Shown here: piece by piece, positions 9,797-19,296 of the stretch
How the letters are laid out: each line of letters begins with the position of its first letter
Position numbering within the stretch: the first letter of the stretch is position 1
NCBI GenBank assembly: GCA_001795385.1
Contig: MGOU01000010.1
Location: forward strand, 203-64,202
Origin: Clostridiales bacterium GWD2_32_19
GTDB taxonomy: Bacteria > Bacillota > Clostridia > Lachnospirales > UBA12420
DNA: 64,000 nt
Direction of reading: 5' to 3'
Position numbers and translations under genes: made by a program
Notes under the pieces: generated by a model
What the model saw: only the letters and a program-made list of their open reading frames with translations
What the model was told of the DNA's origin: nothing
Databases searched by the model: none

Positions 9797-10927
9797 ATGC
9801 TTTCGCAAGGAGATTTATATGGTAATTTTGTAATAAACATGTTAGAACTTCAAAGAGAAGTTGCTAAAATGAATATTATAATAGATCGTGACACTGAAAA
9901 GGTGCTCAGGATAACACAAATAGATATAGAAGATATGATAACAACATTAAATGAGGAATTAAATACTAACTTTGTTGAAAAATTATTTAGTGGATTTTCT
10001 AAAAAAAATAGAGGGAAGAAAGAAAAAAGTCTAAGTGTTTTAATGAATTTGGTTAATCTTATTAATAATCACAATGCACTTAATACAGAAAAGTTGAGAA
10101 TGGAAATGGATTTGGCAGAGAAAAATGAGGAACTTGATAATCTAAAAGAAAAAGTAATCATAGAGCAGGAAGAAAATTATCTAAATGATGTTAAGATAAA
10201 TGGATTCACAACAATAGGAAACATTGTAAATATATTAGAAGTTAAGTCAAAAGTAGTGCAAAAAGATACAGAAGTTATGATGCTGAATGAAGAGTTTGCT
10301 AAAATAGGATTATTATATATAAATGAGATAATGCCTTTAGGAAGTTATGATGTAAAGGAGAAGGCAATTAAACATTTATTTAATGAAATAGTTAGACAAT
10401 GCACTAATGAAGCTAAGAGTAAGATTCAAAATGAAAAGAGTATAGGTGAAAAAACAGTGCTTGAAGTACTTAGCGAAAATTTGCAGTATGATTTGAGTAT
10501 GTCGATACTAGATAGCGTGAAATTAGAAATGATGGGTTGGAAGACTCTAATATATAAAGAACTTTTTGCAACAACTGGTTGGAATGAGCCATTTAAGAGT
10601 GAAGGTTTTGGATATGATAAAAATACAGATATGATAGATGCGGGAACTACATCTGCATTAAGTGTTATTCAAGTTGAAGTGTGTGATAGAATGGAAGAGT
10701 TAAATAGAAGAATTATGAAAATATTGCCTTTATCGGAATGTCAAAGAAAAGATTTATTTTTGTTACAAGGTAGCGAATACATAAAAAAACATGGTTTTCA
10801 TGACGAATATACGATAGAAGACTTGAAGAAATATGTAATACTTTCAAAAGGAATAAGTGATGTAAAAGTAATGGTAAGAATGGGAAAAGAGATAGAAAGT
10901 CAGATAGAAGAACAACAATTAGCATAG
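9797..10927 (+). CDS. hypothetical cytoplasmic protein with coiled-coil-like N-terminal half
   Basis: The ORF track starts at GTG 9770. I prefer ATG 9797, which lies 10 nt after ggggga. The promoter is TTGACT-N17-TATATT at 9721-9749. No motif was recognised. Confidence 0.6.
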   Translation: MLSQGDLYGNFVINMLELQREVAKMNIIIDRDTEKVLRITQIDIEDMITTLNEELNTNFVEKLFSGFSKKNRGKKEKSLSVLMNLVNLINNHNALNTEKLRMEMDLAEKNEELDNLKEKVIIEQEENYLNDVKINGFTTIGNIVNILEVKSKVVQKDTEVMMLNEEFAKIGLLYINEIMPLGSYDVKEKAIKHLFNEIVRQCTNEAKSKIQNEKSIGEKTVLEVLSENLQYDLSMSILDSVKLEMMGWKTLIYKELFATTGWNEPFKSEGFGYDKNTDMIDAGTTSALSVIQVEVCDRMEELNRRIMKILPLSECQRKDLFLLQGSEYIKKHGFHDEYTIEDLKKYVILSKGISDVKVMVRMGKEIESQIEEQQLA

Positions 10928-11000
10928 CATAATCACTCACATTTTATGTGGGTGATTATTGTTTGAAAGAAAAATGAAAGAAAAAAATACTGAAAAATAC

Positions 11001-11029
11001 TTGTCAAGTTTAGAAAATTATGGTATAAT
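11001..11029 (+). promoter_or_regulatory. sigma-A promoter of the rpsF operon
   Basis: TTGTCA, 17-nt spacer, tgg-TATAAT (extended -10). Confidence 0.7.
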
Positions 11030-11035
11030 GTCATA

Positions 11036-11095
11036 GTTATGTAGTTCCTTGCTCTTTTCAAGAGTGAAAAGGGCCATGAGACCAAAAGGAGGTGT
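11036..11095 (+). promoter_or_regulatory. possible structured rpsF 5' leader
   Basis: ccttgctcttttcaagagtgaaaaggg forms a nested hairpin just before the SD. An S6:S18-binding leader is known in Firmicutes (from memory), but identity was not verified. Confidence 0.3.
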
Positions 11096-11100
11096 AAAAG

Positions 11101-11610
11101 ATGAACAAATACGAATTAGGGGTTATCCTAAAACCAATTTTAACAGCAGAAGAAAAACTTGTACAAGTTGAGAAAGTAAAGTCATTTATTACAAAAGTTG
11201 AGGGCGTTATTACAAACGTTGAAGACTGGGGTAAAAGGATACTTGCTTACGAAATCAAGAAGTTTAAAGAAGGTTATTATGTTATTATTAAGTTCACTAG
11301 TGAAAAAGATGTAGTAGCAAAAATAGAAAACGAATGCAAATTATCTGATGTAGTTATAAGACATATGATAGTTGTAGACGATGTGGTAGAAGAAGTAATA
11401 AAGAAGAGACCACCAAGAAAACCTAGACCAGACTTTAAAAAACCGTTTGTTAGAAGAGATAAAAACGATAGAAATGATAGACCAGTTAGAACTGACAGAC
11501 CAGTTAGAACAGAGTTTAAACCTGCAACAACTGAAGTAAAAGCTGTAGAAACAGAAGTTAAGGCTGTAGAAGCAGAAACTAAAACTGTAACAACAGAAAA
11601 TCAAGAATAA
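11101..11610 (+). CDS. rpsF: 30S ribosomal protein S6 with ~70-aa repetitive C-terminal extension
   Basis: MNKYELGVILKP...WGKRILAYEIKKFKEGYY is S6. The tail contains DRPVRT x2 and TEVKAVE x2-3. Confidence 0.9.
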   Translation: MNKYELGVILKPILTAEEKLVQVEKVKSFITKVEGVITNVEDWGKRILAYEIKKFKEGYYVIIKFTSEKDVVAKIENECKLSDVVIRHMIVVDDVVEEVIKKRPPRKPRPDFKKPFVRRDKNDRNDRPVRTDRPVRTEFKPATTEVKAVETEVKAVEAETKTVTTENQE

Positions 11611-11635
11611 TTTTTTTGGCTTGGAGGTGTAGATA

Positions 11636-12070
11636 ATGAATAAAGTGATGTTAATGGGAAGGTTATCAAAAGATCCTGAAGTTAGATATTCAAGTGCTGC
11701 AGAACCTGTAGCAGTAGCAAGATACTCTTTAGCAGTAAGTAGAAGATATAAAAAAGATGGAGCACAAGATGTTGACTTTATAAATATCGTAGCTTTTGGT
11801 GCTAATGGAGAATTTGCTGAGAAATATTTAAAAAAGGGACAAATGATTGCCATTTCTGGAAGACTTCAAGTAAGAAACTGGGAAGACCAGACAGGAAATA
11901 AAAGAGTTTCAACAGAAGTAATTGTAGAAGACCAATATTTTGCTGAAAGCAAAGGTTCTTCTGATTCTAGAAGAAGCGAATCAACAACTTCAAATAATAA
12001 TAAATCAGAAAATGATAATGGATTTTATCCAACGGATGAAAACATAGAAGATGATAATTTACCATTTTAG
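11636..12070 (+). CDS. ssb: single-stranded DNA-binding protein
   Basis: OB-fold N-terminus MNKVMLMGRLSKDPEVRY and acidic tail ...DDNLPF. Confidence 0.95.
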   Translation: MNKVMLMGRLSKDPEVRYSSAAEPVAVARYSLAVSRRYKKDGAQDVDFINIVAFGANGEFAEKYLKKGQMIAISGRLQVRNWEDQTGNKRVSTEVIVEDQYFAESKGSSDSRRSESTTSNNNKSENDNGFYPTDENIEDDNLPF

Positions 12071-12176
12071 CGTTAGTTGTTCAGGACATGGTTCTGAACC
12101 TATTAATGACTATTATACTACTAGTTTTAGAGTGAAAAAGCTAGTGCAGTTAAAGTAGGAAGGAGGTTTATAAAAA

Positions 12177-12419
12177 ATGGAACCAAAACAACAGCAAAAG
12201 AGAATGATGAAGAAAAGAAAAAAGATTTGTAATTTTTGCTTAAATGAAACAAATAGTTTAGATTATAAAGATTTAAATAAGATAAAGAAATTTATATCTG
12301 AAAGAGGTAAAATATTACCTAGAAGAGTTACAGGAAATTGTGCTAAACATCAAAGACTAGTTACAACGGCGATTAAAAGAGCTAGAATAATGGCGTTACT
12401 TAGTTTCGTAGAAGAATAA
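12177..12419 (+). CDS. rpsR: 30S ribosomal protein S18
   Basis: CNFC...DYKD...[18 protein letters not shown]...KHQR. Confidence 0.95.
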   Translation: MEPKQQQKRMMKKRKKICNFCLNETNSLDYKDLNKIKKFISERGKILPRRVTGNCAKHQRLVTTAIKRARIMALLSFVEE

Positions 12420-12506
12420 AAATAAACTGCCCTGTACTCAATGCGACATATTATGAGTTTTGCTCATGACAAGCTGAGTATAGGCAGTTTTAATTTGTAA
12501 TTATTT

Positions 12507-12670
12507 TTAATCCCTTTGGGTTTAATTCCCCGTCGGCTTGCCGCGTTCTTGTCATTGCGAGGAGGTTCTTTCGACGAAGCAATCTCGTTTTTGAAAGATG
12601 AGATTGCTTTGCAAAAAACGCTCGCAATGACAACATGATACCCTGTCGGCTTGCCACGAGGAGATTCATT
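12507..12670. repeat. nested-palindrome repeat, family 1, copy B
   Basis: Near-identical to copies C and D: ttaatccctttgggtttaattccccgtcggcttgcc...gtcattgcgagg...gaagcaatctc...ctcgcaatgac...ggagattcatt. Confidence 0.9.
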
Positions 12671-12871
12671 AATGAACGAACCGACCCTGAAACACATAAA
12701 AAAGCGAGACAATGGAATTTGAATGAATTATTTGAAAAAAAATTCTAAAAATAATATCTATATATTGCTTTTTTTTGATTTATTTGGTATTATATAGGAA
12801 TAGAACAATAACTAATAATCAGTTATTGTTAAGAGATAGAGAAATTTCAAAATAAAGATAGGAGGACTAAG

Positions 12872-13669
12872 ATGGGTGAAGTAATAGTTATAACTTCAGG
12901 AAAAGGTGGAGTAGGTAAGACTACTACATCTGCTAATTTAGGGATGGGACTCGCACAATCAGATAAAAAAGTAGTTCTTATTGATGCGGACATAGGACTT
13001 AGAAATCTAGATGTTGTAATGGGGCTAGAAAACAGAATAGTATATGATCTGGTAGATGTTGTGGAAGGTCGTTGTAAGACAAAACAAGCTCTTATAAAAG
13101 ATAAAAGATGTCCAAACTTATACTTGTTACCATCTGCACAAACACGTGATAAGACAGCAGTGAATCCAGAGCAAATGAAAAAGCTTACAGCAGAACTAAA
13201 AGAAGAGTTTGATTATGTAATTGTTGACTGTCCAGCAGGTATTGAGCAGGGATTTAAGAATGCTATTGCTGGTGCTGATAGAGCTATAGTGGTAACAACG
13301 CCAGAAGTATCAGCTGTAAGAGATGCTGACAGAATAATAGGTTTACTAGAAGCAAATGAAATAAAGGCACCTTCACTTATAATAAATAGAATAAGAATGA
13401 ATATGGTTAAAAAAGGTGAAATGATGTCAATAGAAGATGTTATGGAAATACTCGCAATAGGCATTATAGGTGTAGTTCCAGATGACGAGTACATAGTTGT
13501 TTCTACAAACCAAGGTGAGCCTGCGATTTTAGATAACAGTTCTTTAGCAGGACAAGCATATAGAAATATAGTTCAAAGACTATTAGGTAATGATGTGCCA
13601 TTAATGGATCTTGAAAATACGAATAAATTTATTACAAAAATAAAAAAATTCTTTAAAATCATTAAATAG
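12872..13669 (+). CDS. minD: septum site-determining ATPase MinD
   Basis: Deviant Walker A SGKGGVGKTT and a C-terminal amphipathic helix KIKKFFKIIK. Confidence 0.95.
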   Translation: MGEVIVITSGKGGVGKTTTSANLGMGLAQSDKKVVLIDADIGLRNLDVVMGLENRIVYDLVDVVEGRCKTKQALIKDKRCPNLYLLPSAQTRDKTAVNPEQMKKLTAELKEEFDYVIVDCPAGIEQGFKNAIAGADRAIVVTTPEVSAVRDADRIIGLLEANEIKAPSLIINRIRMNMVKKGEMMSIEDVMEILAIGIIGVVPDDEYIVVSTNQGEPAILDNSSLAGQAYRNIVQRLLGNDVPLMDLENTNKFITKIKKFFKIIK

Positions 13670-13684
13670 AAAGGAGTATAGATA

Positions 13685-13978
13685 ATGTTTGATATTATAA
13701 AATTTTTAAATTTCAGTACAAAGAAAGAAAAATCTTCTGGTAGTGTAGCAAAAGATAGGTTAAAACTTGTTTTAGTTCATGATCGTTCAAACTGCTCTTC
13801 TGAAATATTAGAAAAGATAAGGGCTGATATTATGGAAGTAATATCAAAATATATGGATATAGATACAGAAGGTTTAGACATACAAATAAGTGAAACAAAA
13901 AGCACTCAAAATGATAGAAATGTTCCAGTACTTTATGCTAATATTCCTATTAAAGGAATGAGGAAATTAGAAGAATAA
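13685..13978 (+). CDS. minE: cell division topological specificity factor MinE
   Basis: AKDRLKLVLVHDR motif; position immediately after minD. Confidence 0.9.
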   Translation: MFDIIKFLNFSTKKEKSSGSVAKDRLKLVLVHDRSNCSSEILEKIRADIMEVISKYMDIDTEGLDIQISETKSTQNDRNVPVLYANIPIKGMRKLEE

Positions 13979-13982
13979 TATG

Positions 13983-14016
13983 AAAGAACTCGCGAAATTT
14001 TGCGAGTTCTTTTTTA
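13983..14016 (+). terminator. rho-independent terminator
   Basis: aagaactcgc / gcgagttctt stem followed by a T-run. Confidence 0.8.
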
Positions 14017-14120
14017 GTTTGAAATATTTTTTCATATTTGCACTTGTAATTAATCCCAAAATAGAGTAAAATATAGGTTGAAGGATAGATTATTAAGACG
14101 CAGAAGGGATTGAATAAAAT

Positions 14121-15263
14121 ATGATGTTTCAGAGGATAAAACATATAGATAAAGTAATACTTGGACTAATACTTTTTTTAGTTGCTATAAGTATAATCGC
14201 TATAACTAGTGCCACAAGAGCAAATATAACAGGAGATTATTCATATGTTATTAAGCAATGTATGTGGTTTGGAATAGGATTTGTGGCTATGTTATTTATT
14301 ATAGTATATGATTTTAGTCAATTTGATGAAAACTTTAGAATGTTTGGTGCAATTGTAATATATTTTTTAAATATAGCACTACTTGTGTTTGTTTTGTTCA
14401 TAGGAACAACAGCGAAAGGAGCCGAAAGGTGGATTGAAATAGTAGGGTTTAGATTCCAACCATCAGAATTTGCAAAGGTAATTATGATTTTTTGTATTGC
14501 TGTTTTTTTGAGTAAGAGTGCGGAGAACATAAATAAAATATGGGTACTAGCTATAAATTTAATATTACTCGCTATACCTATGATACTTATTATAATACAA
14601 CCTTCATTATCAACAAGCCTCGTTTTTATAGCTATTTTTGCTGCGCAGATATTTGTTGCAGATATAGATTATAAATACATAATCTTTGGGGTAGTGCTAG
14701 TAGTTTTATTGCTTTTTGCTCTTAGACTTGATGCAAAACAGGAAGATCCAATATTTTTAAGAGATTATCAAGCAAAAAGAATATTGGCCCTTTTTGAACC
14801 GGATAAATATCAAAAAGAAGAAGCATATCAAACTAGAAAGTCTGTGGAAGCTATCGGTTCAGGGCAGCTAGCTGGTAAAGGCATATATAAAGGAAATTTA
14901 AACAAAGCCGAGTACTTACCAGAACCACACACTGACTTTATATTTTCTATAATAGCTGAAGAATCAGGATTTTTGATGTGTGCAATGATAATTATTATTT
15001 ATGCACTATTAATATATAGAATTGTTGACATTGCTTTAAGAGTGTCAGATAAATTTAAAAAATATCTTGTAGTTGGGGTTGCTGCTATGATTGCATTTCA
15101 AGCGTTTGTAAACATAGGTGTTGTTAGTGGCATGTTACCTAGTACGGGTATGCCACTGCCTTTTCTAAGCTATGGTGGGAGTTCTATGATAACAAACATG
15201 ATAGCGATTGGTATGGTTTTAAATTTGGATACAAGCAGTAAAAATAGATATATGTTAATTTAA
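14121..15263 (+). CDS. rodA: FtsW/RodA/SpoVE family peptidoglycan polymerase (RodA-like by context)
   Basis: Polytopic membrane protein with QPSEFAK, PEPHTDFIF and LPFLSYGGSS motifs, located downstream of minDE. Confidence 0.85.
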   Translation: MMFQRIKHIDKVILGLILFLVAISIIAITSATRANITGDYSYVIKQCMWFGIGFVAMLFIIVYDFSQFDENFRMFGAIVIYFLNIALLVFVLFIGTTAKGAERWIEIVGFRFQPSEFAKVIMIFCIAVFLSKSAENINKIWVLAINLILLAIPMILIIIQPSLSTSLVFIAIFAAQIFVADIDYKYIIFGVVLVVLLLFALRLDAKQEDPIFLRDYQAKRILALFEPDKYQKEEAYQTRKSVEAIGSGQLAGKGIYKGNLNKAEYLPEPHTDFIFSIIAEESGFLMCAMIIIIYALLIYRIVDIALRVSDKFKKYLVVGVAAMIAFQAFVNIGVVSGMLPSTGMPLPFLSYGGSSMITNMIAIGMVLNLDTSSKNRYMLI

Positions 15264-15332
15264 TCAATTTGATAAGGACGGACTCATCTGGGTATTTATT
15301 ACTAAAGAAATTAATAATAAGGAGGTGTATAT

Positions 15333-16373
15333 GTGTTTGATTTTTTAAATCGAAATAAAACTAAGACTCAAATAATGGAACTTAATTATTCTAGGGAAAG
15401 TGATATATTGCAAGAAATAAATAGGATAGCTTTTAAAACCAAAGATTTAACAGAAGCCAACAAAATAATAGCAGATATACTATCAAAATACTATAATATA
15501 GAATATTGCAGTTTGTTTTTATATAGTTCAGGTAAAATGAATATTAGTTATACAAATATAGATAAAAGTTGCCGGAATGAAATAGAAAAGTTCGTAAATG
15601 AAATGTATCACGAAAGGTTTTTCGATGAAAAAGAAGATATAGATGCGTATATAATTAAGTCTGAAAATGGTTTGCAATATCCTACAGCAGAAGAAAGAAG
15701 AATTGTTCATATGATGTTTATACCACTTATTCTTGATCAAGTATTAGGCGGAATAATGATAGAAAACACGTCGAATGATATGGATGAATTAGAATATGAA
15801 TTTTTTCAAGTTGTAATTGATAATATATCAATAATAATTCAAAACTTATTATATTTTAAACAAATCATTGATAATTCAAATATTGATGGACTTACAAACA
15901 TATACAATCGATATTATCTAAATTCACATTTGAGTAGGCAAATAGAAATATTTTCAGAGAAGACAGGAATATTTTCAATAACAATGGTTGATATTGATCA
16001 TTTTAAAATATTTAATGATAACTATGGGCATTTGCATGGGGATAAGGTTTTAAGAGCAGTTGCACAATACATTAAAGACAATATAAGAGAAATAGATACT
16101 GTATATAGATATGGTGGAGAGGAATTCATAATAGACATGCCAAATTTACAAGCTAGTGATGCTTTTAATAAGATTGAGAGTATTCGAGAAGGAATATCAA
16201 ACATGGAAGTTTACACTGATGATGGGCATTTGACTAGAGTAACTGCTAGTTTTGGAATAGCTGAATTCCCCACGGTAAGTGATTCTATGAATGGTTTAAT
16301 AGAGTGTGCTGACAAATCACTCTATGTAGCTAAAGAATCAGGAAGAAATCAAACAGTGATTTATAAAATATAG
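15333..16373 (+). CDS. diguanylate cyclase (GGDEF) with GAF-like N-terminal domain
   Basis: GTG start after aggaggtg; active-site RYGGEEF; DGLTNIYNRYY linker. Confidence 0.9.
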   Translation: MFDFLNRNKTKTQIMELNYSRESDILQEINRIAFKTKDLTEANKIIADILSKYYNIEYCSLFLYSSGKMNISYTNIDKSCRNEIEKFVNEMYHERFFDEKEDIDAYIIKSENGLQYPTAEERRIVHMMFIPLILDQVLGGIMIENTSNDMDELEYEFFQVVIDNISIIIQNLLYFKQIIDNSNIDGLTNIYNRYYLNSHLSRQIEIFSEKTGIFSITMVDIDHFKIFNDNYGHLHGDKVLRAVAQYIKDNIREIDTVYRYGGEEFIIDMPNLQASDAFNKIESIREGISNMEVYTDDGHLTRVTASFGIAEFPTVSDSMNGLIECADKSLYVAKESGRNQTVIYKI

Positions 16374-16428
16374 ATGTTGCAGGGCTGAGTAAATAATCAA
16401 TAAATAATAATAGAAAGGAGAACATATA

Positions 16429-18633
16429 ATGGATTTATTAAAGGGACTTAATGATAAACAAAAAGAAGCAGTACTACACATGGAGGGATCGCTTTTGATC
16501 CTGGCAGGCGCAGGGAGTGGAAAAACAAAAGTTTTGACAAATAGGATAGCATATCTAATACAAGAAAAGAAGGCATTGCCATCTGAAATTTTAGCGATTA
16601 CATTTACAAATAAAGCAGCAAGTGAGATGAAAGAAAGAGTAGAAAAATTAGTTGGTAAGGATTCAAAAGATATATGGATAAGTACTTTTCATTCTATGTG
16701 TGTTAGAATACTAAGACAAACAATACATAATATTGGCTATACTAATCAATTTACTATTTATGATGCAGATGATCAAAAGAAATTGGTAAGTGAAGTAATA
16801 AAAGAGCTAGGGTATGATGATAAGATATATCCTTCAAAAAAAGCATTGAATATGATAAGCACACAAAAAAATGATTTTATTACTCCTGAGCAATATGAAA
16901 ATCAGATGCTTGGAGACTTTGTTGGAACAAAATACGCTAATATATATCGATTATATCAAGAAAAGCTTGAGAAAAATAATAGCTTAGATTTTGACGATTT
17001 AATTTTCAAAACTATACAAGTTCTAAAAGGATATCCAGAAGTTGGTGGATATTATCAAGAAAGGTTTAAGTATATACTTGTTGATGAATACCAAGATACT
17101 AATAATTCACAGTTTATTTTAATAGAAACATTGGGATTAAAACATAGAAATGTTTGCGTTGTAGGTGACCCTGACCAAAGTATTTATAAATGGAGAGGCG
17201 CGAACATAAGGAATATTTTAGATTTTGAAACTAATTTTGAAGAATCAAAAACGATAATGCTTGAAGAAAACTATAGATGTACAAAGGTAATATTAGATGC
17301 TGCAAACGAAGTAATTAAAAACAATTGTAATAGAAGAGAAAAAAGTTTATGGACGATGAATGATGAAGGTGAAAAGATAGTAATATACAATGCTCTTGAT
17401 GACAGGGATGAAGGTAATTTCGTTGCAAATACAATAATAAGAGAAGTAGAGGCAGGCAACGAGGACTATAATAGTTTTGCGATACTTTACAGAACCAATG
17501 CACAATCGCGTGTTTTAGAAGAGGCCTTTATAAACAAAAACATACCGTATCAACTTTTTGGCGGAGTTAAATTTTATGAAAGAAAAGAGATAAAAGATAT
17601 TTTGTCTTACTTAAAGCTTATTATAAATTCGAGGGATAATATAGCTTTAGACAGAATTATAAATGTACCAAGAAGAGGCATAGGAGATACTAGCATAGAC
17701 AGGATTGCAGCGTATGCAAAAGAGAATAAAAAGAGTATGTATGAGGCACTGCTTGTAATAAATGAAATTAGTGAACTTAGAAATGCAGCTATTAAAATTG
17801 CAGGATTTACTGAGATTATTGAAAGTATAAAAGAAAATATTGAAAGTAAAAAAATAGCAGAAATAGTTGAGATGATAATAGATAAAACATCATATATAAA
17901 TGTTCTAAAAGCTGAAGGTACAGATGAAGCAAGGGATAGAATAGAAAATATATACCAATTTATTGCAAAAGCACAGGAATATGATGAAACTAGAGAGGAA
18001 GGAACACTGTCAAACTTTTTGGAAGAAGTATCACTTGTAGCAGATATAGATAATTATGAGGAGAAGAATAATTCTGTTAAACTTATGACTTTACACAGCG
18101 CAAAAGGACTTGAGTTCCCTCATGTATTTATTTCAGGAGTGGAAGAGGGAATATTTCCAAGTTATATGAGTTTGAGTAGTGATGATGGGGATGAACAAGA
18201 AGAAGAAAGAAGAATTTGCTATGTTGGTATAACAAGAGCTAGGAAACAGTTATATATAACTTACGCAAATGCAAGAAGACAGTTTGGCAAAACAGTGTTT
18301 AATACACCATCTAGGTTTCTTGCTGAGATACCAGATGAATACAAAAACGATTTAAGTATTAAAAGGGATGAAGTTAAAGAGAAGACAAAAAAACCAAAAA
18401 AAGAAGTTAAAAAATACACCAACTTTTCGACAACAAATTATAATATATTGGTGACTCCAACCAATGTTGATATGGATTTTAAAGTAGGAGATAGTGTAGA
18501 ACACGATAGATTTGGACATGGAGTAATAGATGCTGCAAGACCAGCAGGTGCAGATTATGAACTTACGATAAACTTTGAAATACTTGGGGTAAAAAAACTA
18601 ATGAGTAAATTTGCAAATTTAAAGAAAATATAA
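16429..18633 (+). CDS. pcrA: ATP-dependent DNA helicase PcrA/UvrD family
   Basis: AGAGSGKTKVLT Walker A, VDEYQDTN, and 734 aa in length. Confidence 0.9.
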   Translation: MDLLKGLNDKQKEAVLHMEGSLLILAGAGSGKTKVLTNRIAYLIQEKKALPSEILAITFTNKAASEMKERVEKLVGKDSKDIWISTFHSMCVRILRQTIHNIGYTNQFTIYDADDQKKLVSEVIKELGYDDKIYPSKKALNMISTQKNDFITPEQYENQMLGDFVGTKYANIYRLYQEKLEKNNSLDFDDLIFKTIQVLKGYPEVGGYYQERFKYILVDEYQDTNNSQFILIETLGLKHRNVCVVGDPDQSIYKWRGANIRNILDFETNFEESKTIMLEENYRCTKVILDAANEVIKNNCNRREKSLWTMNDEGEKIVIYNALDDRDEGNFVANTIIREVEAGNEDYNSFAILYRTNAQSRVLEEAFINKNIPYQLFGGVKFYERKEIKDILSYLKLIINSRDNIALDRIINVPRRGIGDTSIDRIAAYAKENKKSMYEALLVINEISELRNAAIKIAGFTEIIESIKENIESKKIAEIVEMIIDKTSYINVLKAEGTDEARDRIENIYQFIAKAQEYDETREEGTLSNFLEEVSLVADIDNYEEKNNSVKLMTLHSAKGLEFPHVFISGVEEGIFPSYMSLSSDDGDEQEEERRICYVGITRARKQLYITYANARRQFGKTVFNTPSRFLAEIPDEYKNDLSIKRDEVKEKTKKPKKEVKKYTNFSTTNYNILVTPTNVDMDFKVGDSVEHDRFGHGVIDAARPAGADYELTINFEILGVKKLMSKFANLKKI

Positions 18634-18695
18634 TAAAAAATCATTTCAAGTAAGCTAGAGAACTACTGAAAAAGTGAACTTCTCTTACTAACAAA

Positions 18696-18743
18696 TAAAA
18701 AATACTGTCCTACACTCAATCTGAGTACAAGACAGTATTTTAT
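18696..18743. terminator. bidirectional terminator between pcrA and the ferredoxin gene
   Basis: aatactgtc / gacagtatt stem flanked by an A-run and a T-run. Confidence 0.65.
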
Positions 18744-18750
18744 AATATAC

Positions 18751-18924
18751 TTATTCAGCCTTTTTTGGTGCTTCTACTGGGCAAACATCAGCACATGCCC
18801 CACATTCTATGCATTGGCTAGCATCTATAACATATTTCTCTTTACCTTCTGCTATGCAACTAACTGGACATTCAGCTGCACAAGCTCCACAGCTTATACA
18901 ATCTTCATTAATAAAATATGCCAA
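18751..18924 (-). CDS. clostridial-type 2x[4Fe-4S] ferredoxin (57 aa)
   Basis: Two CxxCxxCxxxCP motifs. I place the start at TTG 18922-18924 behind ggaggtg, giving M-AYFINEDC. The tracked 73-aa version has no RBS. Confidence 0.85.
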   Translation of the reverse strand: MAYFINEDCISCGACAAECPVSCIAEGKEKYVIDASQCIECGACADVCPVEAPKKAE

Positions 18925-19114
18925 TTTTACACACCTCCATTTATCGATTACAGTGCACAATATATAATGCACAATTATTAAAACTATAGATAGATTTTAT
19001 TATATTTTTTAAAATAAGTCAAGAGAAAGCAAAGTAATTTTAAAAAAAACGACAGTTTTACATTTTTTTATACAAAAGTCTTTTAAATTTTATTTTTATA
19101 TGATAAAATAAGTT

Positions 19115-19278
19115 TTAATCTCTTTGGGTTTAATTCCCCGTCGGCTTGCCGTGTTCTTGTCATTGCGAGGAGGTTCTTTCGACGAAGCAATCTCGTTTTT
19201 GAAAGATAAGATTGCTTCGCAAAAAACGCTCGCAATGACAATATGATACCCCGTCGGCTTGCCACGGGGAGATTCATT
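19115..19278. repeat. nested-palindrome repeat, family 1, copy C
   Basis: Same architecture as copy B; it ends 19 nt before the rsmE ATG. Confidence 0.9.
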
Positions 19279-19296
19279 TAGGAAGGAGTAGATATT

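Noticed and set aside
12464-12712. 82-aa minus-strand ORF, with its relatives at 19083-19277, 19096-19371, 60399-60620 and 60430-60642
   Set aside because: All lie entirely inside family 1 palindromic repeats. Two overlapping frames are 'open' in the same element, there is no SD, and the peptides (..PRGKPTGYHVVIASVFC..EPPRNDKN..) are just translations of the palindrome.
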